From a virus (taxonomy: Duplodnaviria; Caudoviricetes), in IMG/VR virus record IMGVR_UViG_3300012936_000141, positions 1 to 26,213 of that record: a stretch of 26,213 bases of DNA; one strand, 5' to 3'. The notes beneath the pieces were generated by a model that made no database searches, had not been told where the DNA came from, and saw only the letters and a program-made list of their open reading frames with translations. Position 1 is the first letter of the stretch; every line of letters begins with the position of its first letter. Position numbers and translations under genes: made by a program. Shown one piece after another: positions 23,742 through 26,213 of this stretch.

Positions 23742-25195
23742 TGTATGTAAAAGAAGTTTCAGTACTAGGTGGTGGTACGGCAGGTTTAACTACAGCACTT
23801 ATATTAAGAAGTGCATTTCCTTCTTTAAAAATTAATTTAATAAGATCAGATACAATTGATATAGTAGGTGTTGGAGAAGGTACTACTGAACACTGGGCAG
23901 ACTTTTTACAATTTATAGGTATAGGCCCAGAAGAATGTTTTAAACATTGCGGTAGTACATTTAAACACGGTATCTACTTTAAAAATTGGAATGGTGACAA
24001 TAAAGCATATTTGCATAATGTGCCTGACTATATTATAAGAGAAGACAAAACAGGTTACCCTAATGTAATTCATAAACTTATTGTTGATAACGAAGAACCA
24101 ATGGATACAATTGATGAATTTATACGTAATAGTATGCATTATCAACCTGTAATAAAAAGTACAAACCAATTTCATTTTGATACATTCAAACTAAACGAAT
24201 TTTTAAATCATTTATGTACAACAAGAGATATAAATGTTGTTGTAGATACAATAAATGATGTTACATTAGATCAAGAAGGATTTATAGATACTCTTGTAGG
24301 AGAAAAACAAAACTATAAGAGTGATTTCTATGTAGATGCAACTGGATTTAGCAAAGTATTACATAAGCACGTAGGTAGTGACTGGAAAGACTGTACAGAT
24401 AATTTACCTATGAATAGTGCAATTACTTTTCCAACTAAACTTGATGATAACTTTCCTGCATACACAGGTGCAACAGCATTAAACGCAGGTTGGTGTTTTC
24501 AAATTCCTACACAAGGAAGATACGGTAATGGGTATGTATATTGTGATAATTTTATTAACGAAGATCAGGCAATTGAAGAAGCAACCAAATATTACGGTCA
24601 CGAATTAGATATAAGAAAACGGTTTAAATTTGGAGCAGGATATTTACGTAATCCTTGGAATAAAAATTGTTTAGCAATTGGACTAAGTGCTTCATTTATT
24701 GAACCTTTAGAAGCAACTAATATAGGCACTGCTATACAACAAGCATTTGCCTTAACCGCGCATATAACCACCTTTAAACGCACATACAGGGCCCTTACAG
24801 CGTCATATAACGAAAAGTTTAGTAAAGTGTTCCAGAACACAATAGACTTTGTACAATTGCATTATTTTACTAAAAGAACAGATACTGAATTTTGGAAAAG
24901 CACTAAAGATATTAAAATGACTGATTTTAATTTGGAAACTCTAGAGTATTTTAAATCTAATATGCCTACTTGGGTACACTTTAACCAACCATATACACTT
25001 TTTAATAATTATAATTGGATTATGGTATTAAATGGTATGGAAATAATTGATAGACAAGCATACATTGAAAATTGGAATAAAATGGAACCAGAAACTAAAT
25101 TAGAAGCCAAGATAAAATTAGATATATACTTTTCAAGAGAAGCGCCTGTATTAGGACACAAAGAAGCGATTGAATATATTAAGGAGAATTACTAG
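23741..25195 (+). CDS. Flavin-dependent halogenase, tryptophan halogenase (PrnA-like) family
   Basis: GGGTAG FAD motif, VGVGEGT, TFKHGIYF (candidate catalytic Lys), FHFD, YVDATGF, GWCFQIP, GNGYVY and FIEPLEAT. Confidence 0.9.
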   Translation: MYVKEVSVLGGGTAGLTTALILRSAFPSLKINLIRSDTIDIVGVGEGTTEHWADFLQFIGIGPEECFKHCGSTFKHGIYFKNWNGDNKAYLHNVPDYIIREDKTGYPNVIHKLIVDNEEPMDTIDEFIRNSMHYQPVIKSTNQFHFDTFKLNEFLNHLCTTRDINVVVDTINDVTLDQEGFIDTLVGEKQNYKSDFYVDATGFSKVLHKHVGSDWKDCTDNLPMNSAITFPTKLDDNFPAYTGATALNAGWCFQIPTQGRYGNGYVYCDNFINEDQAIEEATKYYGHELDIRKRFKFGAGYLRNPWNKNCLAIGLSASFIEPLEATNIGTAIQQAFALTAHITTFKRTYRALTASYNEKFSKVFQNTIDFVQLHYFTKRTDTEFWKSTKDIKMTDFNLETLEYFKSNMPTWVHFNQPYTLFNNYNWIMVLNGMEIIDRQAYIENWNKMEPETKLEAKIKLDIYFSREAPVLGHKEAIEYIKENY

Positions 25196-26213
25196 TGCAA
25201 ATTAAAAGTATTTGTATTGTTGGCGGCGGTAGTGCAGGTTGGATGACAGCAGCACTTTTATCCCAAAAATGTAAACACATAGATTTAAGTTTGGTAGAAT
25301 CTCCAAAAGTCGCAACTGTGGGAGTAGGTGAATCTACACTAGGTCATATTAACAAATACATCGATATGTTAGGTTTGAAAGATAGTGACTGGATGGAAGA
25401 ATGTAAAGCAACATACAAGACAAGTATTAAATTTACAGACTTCCGAGAAAAAGGCAGCGCATTTCATTATCCTTTTGGTACTATGTTGTTTGAATCAAAT
25501 AATGGTATAATGGATTATTTTTGGTATCAAGCATACAATGAAAATAAATTAGACCCAAGCGAATTTGCTGGATGGGCATTAAATCAAACATACGTTACTG
25601 AAAAAAATAAATTATATGACAATGCAGATGGAAAGAATTCTATAAGAGGTTTTGATTTCCATTTACATACAGCATACCATATGGATGCAGAAAGATTTGG
25701 ACAATACTTAAAAAACAAAATTGCTATTCCGCAAGGATGCACACACCATACAGATACTATTTTAAATGTAAAGCAAAATGCACAAGGCGATATCACAGAA
25801 TTATGCGGAGAAAAACAAAATTATAAAGCAGATCTATATATAGACTGTACAGGCTTTAGAAAAATACTTATAGAAAAAGTAATGAAGTCTAAGTTTGTTT
25901 CTTTTGGTGATGTGCTTTTAAATGATAGAGCATTAGCAACACGTATTCCATATAATGATAAACAAAATGAAATGCACAGTTATACTAACTGCACTGCAAT
26001 AGAAAACGGATGGGTCTGGGATATTCCTTTATACCATAGGCGTGGTACTGGTTATGTTCATAGTAGTAAATTTGTTGATTGGGATCAAGCAGAAATAGAA
26101 TTTAAGAAACATCTTAGTAAAAATCTAAACCCTGAACAAATAGAAAACTTAAAATTTAATAGAATAGAAATACGACACGGTGTACAAGAAACTCCTTGGA
26201 AAGGAAATGTTTG
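25195..26213 (+). CDS. Second flavin-dependent (tryptophan) halogenase, 3'-truncated by the window edge; not in the ORF track
   Basis: GTG start overlaps the previous TAG (TAGTG), with SD AAGGAG at 25181-25186. Hand translation is open to the end: MQIKSICIVGGGSAGWMTAA, VGVGEST, ATYKTSIKF, AYHMDA, YIDCTGF, GWVWDIP (26008-26028), GTGYV. Confidence 0.9.
   Translation, partial: MQIKSICIVGGGSAGWMTAALLSQKCKHIDLSLVESPKVATVGVGESTLGHINKYIDMLGLKDSDWMEECKATYKTSIKFTDFREKGSAFHYPFGTMLFESNNGIMDYFWYQAYNENKLDPSEFAGWALNQTYVTEKNKLYDNADGKNSIRGFDFHLHTAYHMDAERFGQYLKNKIAIPQGCTHHTDTILNVKQNAQGDITELCGEKQNYKADLYIDCTGFRKILIEKVMKSKFVSFGDVLLNDRALATRIPYNDKQNEMHSYTNCTAIENGWVWDIPLYHRRGTGYVHSSKFVDWDQAEIEFKKHLSKNLNPEQIENLKFNRIEIRHGVQETPWKGNV

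Noticed and set aside
358-25195. Stop-codon reassignment (no gene ends in TGA; several end in TAG)
   Set aside because: TAG stops fall at sensible gene ends and often overlap the next SD or start. No gene looks split by TGA or TAG, so the standard code fits.
1440-25796. Numerous minus-strand and alternative-frame ORFs in the track (e.g. 4549-5295, 9115-10011, 19146-19574, 21296-21715)
   Set aside because: They lie wholly or almost wholly within clear + strand genes and show no recognisable motifs. They are expected shadows of the biased codon usage.
1-26213. CRISPR array, rRNA, tRNA, IS element or integrase
   Set aside because: No regularly spaced direct repeats or RNA-gene signatures were seen, and nearly all the sequence is accounted for by protein-coding genes.

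Overview
AT-rich, gene-dense segment, coded entirely on the + strand, of a large T4-like tailed bacteriophage (myovirus of the aquatic cyanophage/pelagiphage-like type). Host and exact taxon cannot be determined from this window. Positions 1-23107 form a virion tail, baseplate and fibre module. It holds several fibre-like proteins, three paralogous small beta-rich proteins, and two giant paralogous multidomain proteins (1848 and 2524 aa) built from CBM5/12-like repeats, helical repeats, a beta-helix-like core and Asp-box propellers. It also holds a stand-alone T4 gp34-like repeat protein, three tandem Gly/His-rich adhesin-like paralogs and a fibre-chaperone-like gene. Positions 23151 to the end are an accessory enzyme cluster: a TIGR02466-type 2OG-Fe(II) oxygenase and two tandem flavin-dependent (tryptophan) halogenases. 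The second halogenase is missing from the ORF track and is cut by the window edge. T4-type late promoter cores (TAAATA) lie in the three longest intergenic gaps, and one more overlaps a stop codon. The most notable observations are helical repeats in the giant virion protein that resemble the phycobiliprotein bilin-attachment helix (KCxRD...Y..Y.GG), a structured and possibly pseudoknotted 5' leader at 4131-4203, recurring D(G)S[ST] loop insertions, and late-expressed halogenases next to the fibre genes. All functional calls come from motif recognition by eye; no database search was run.
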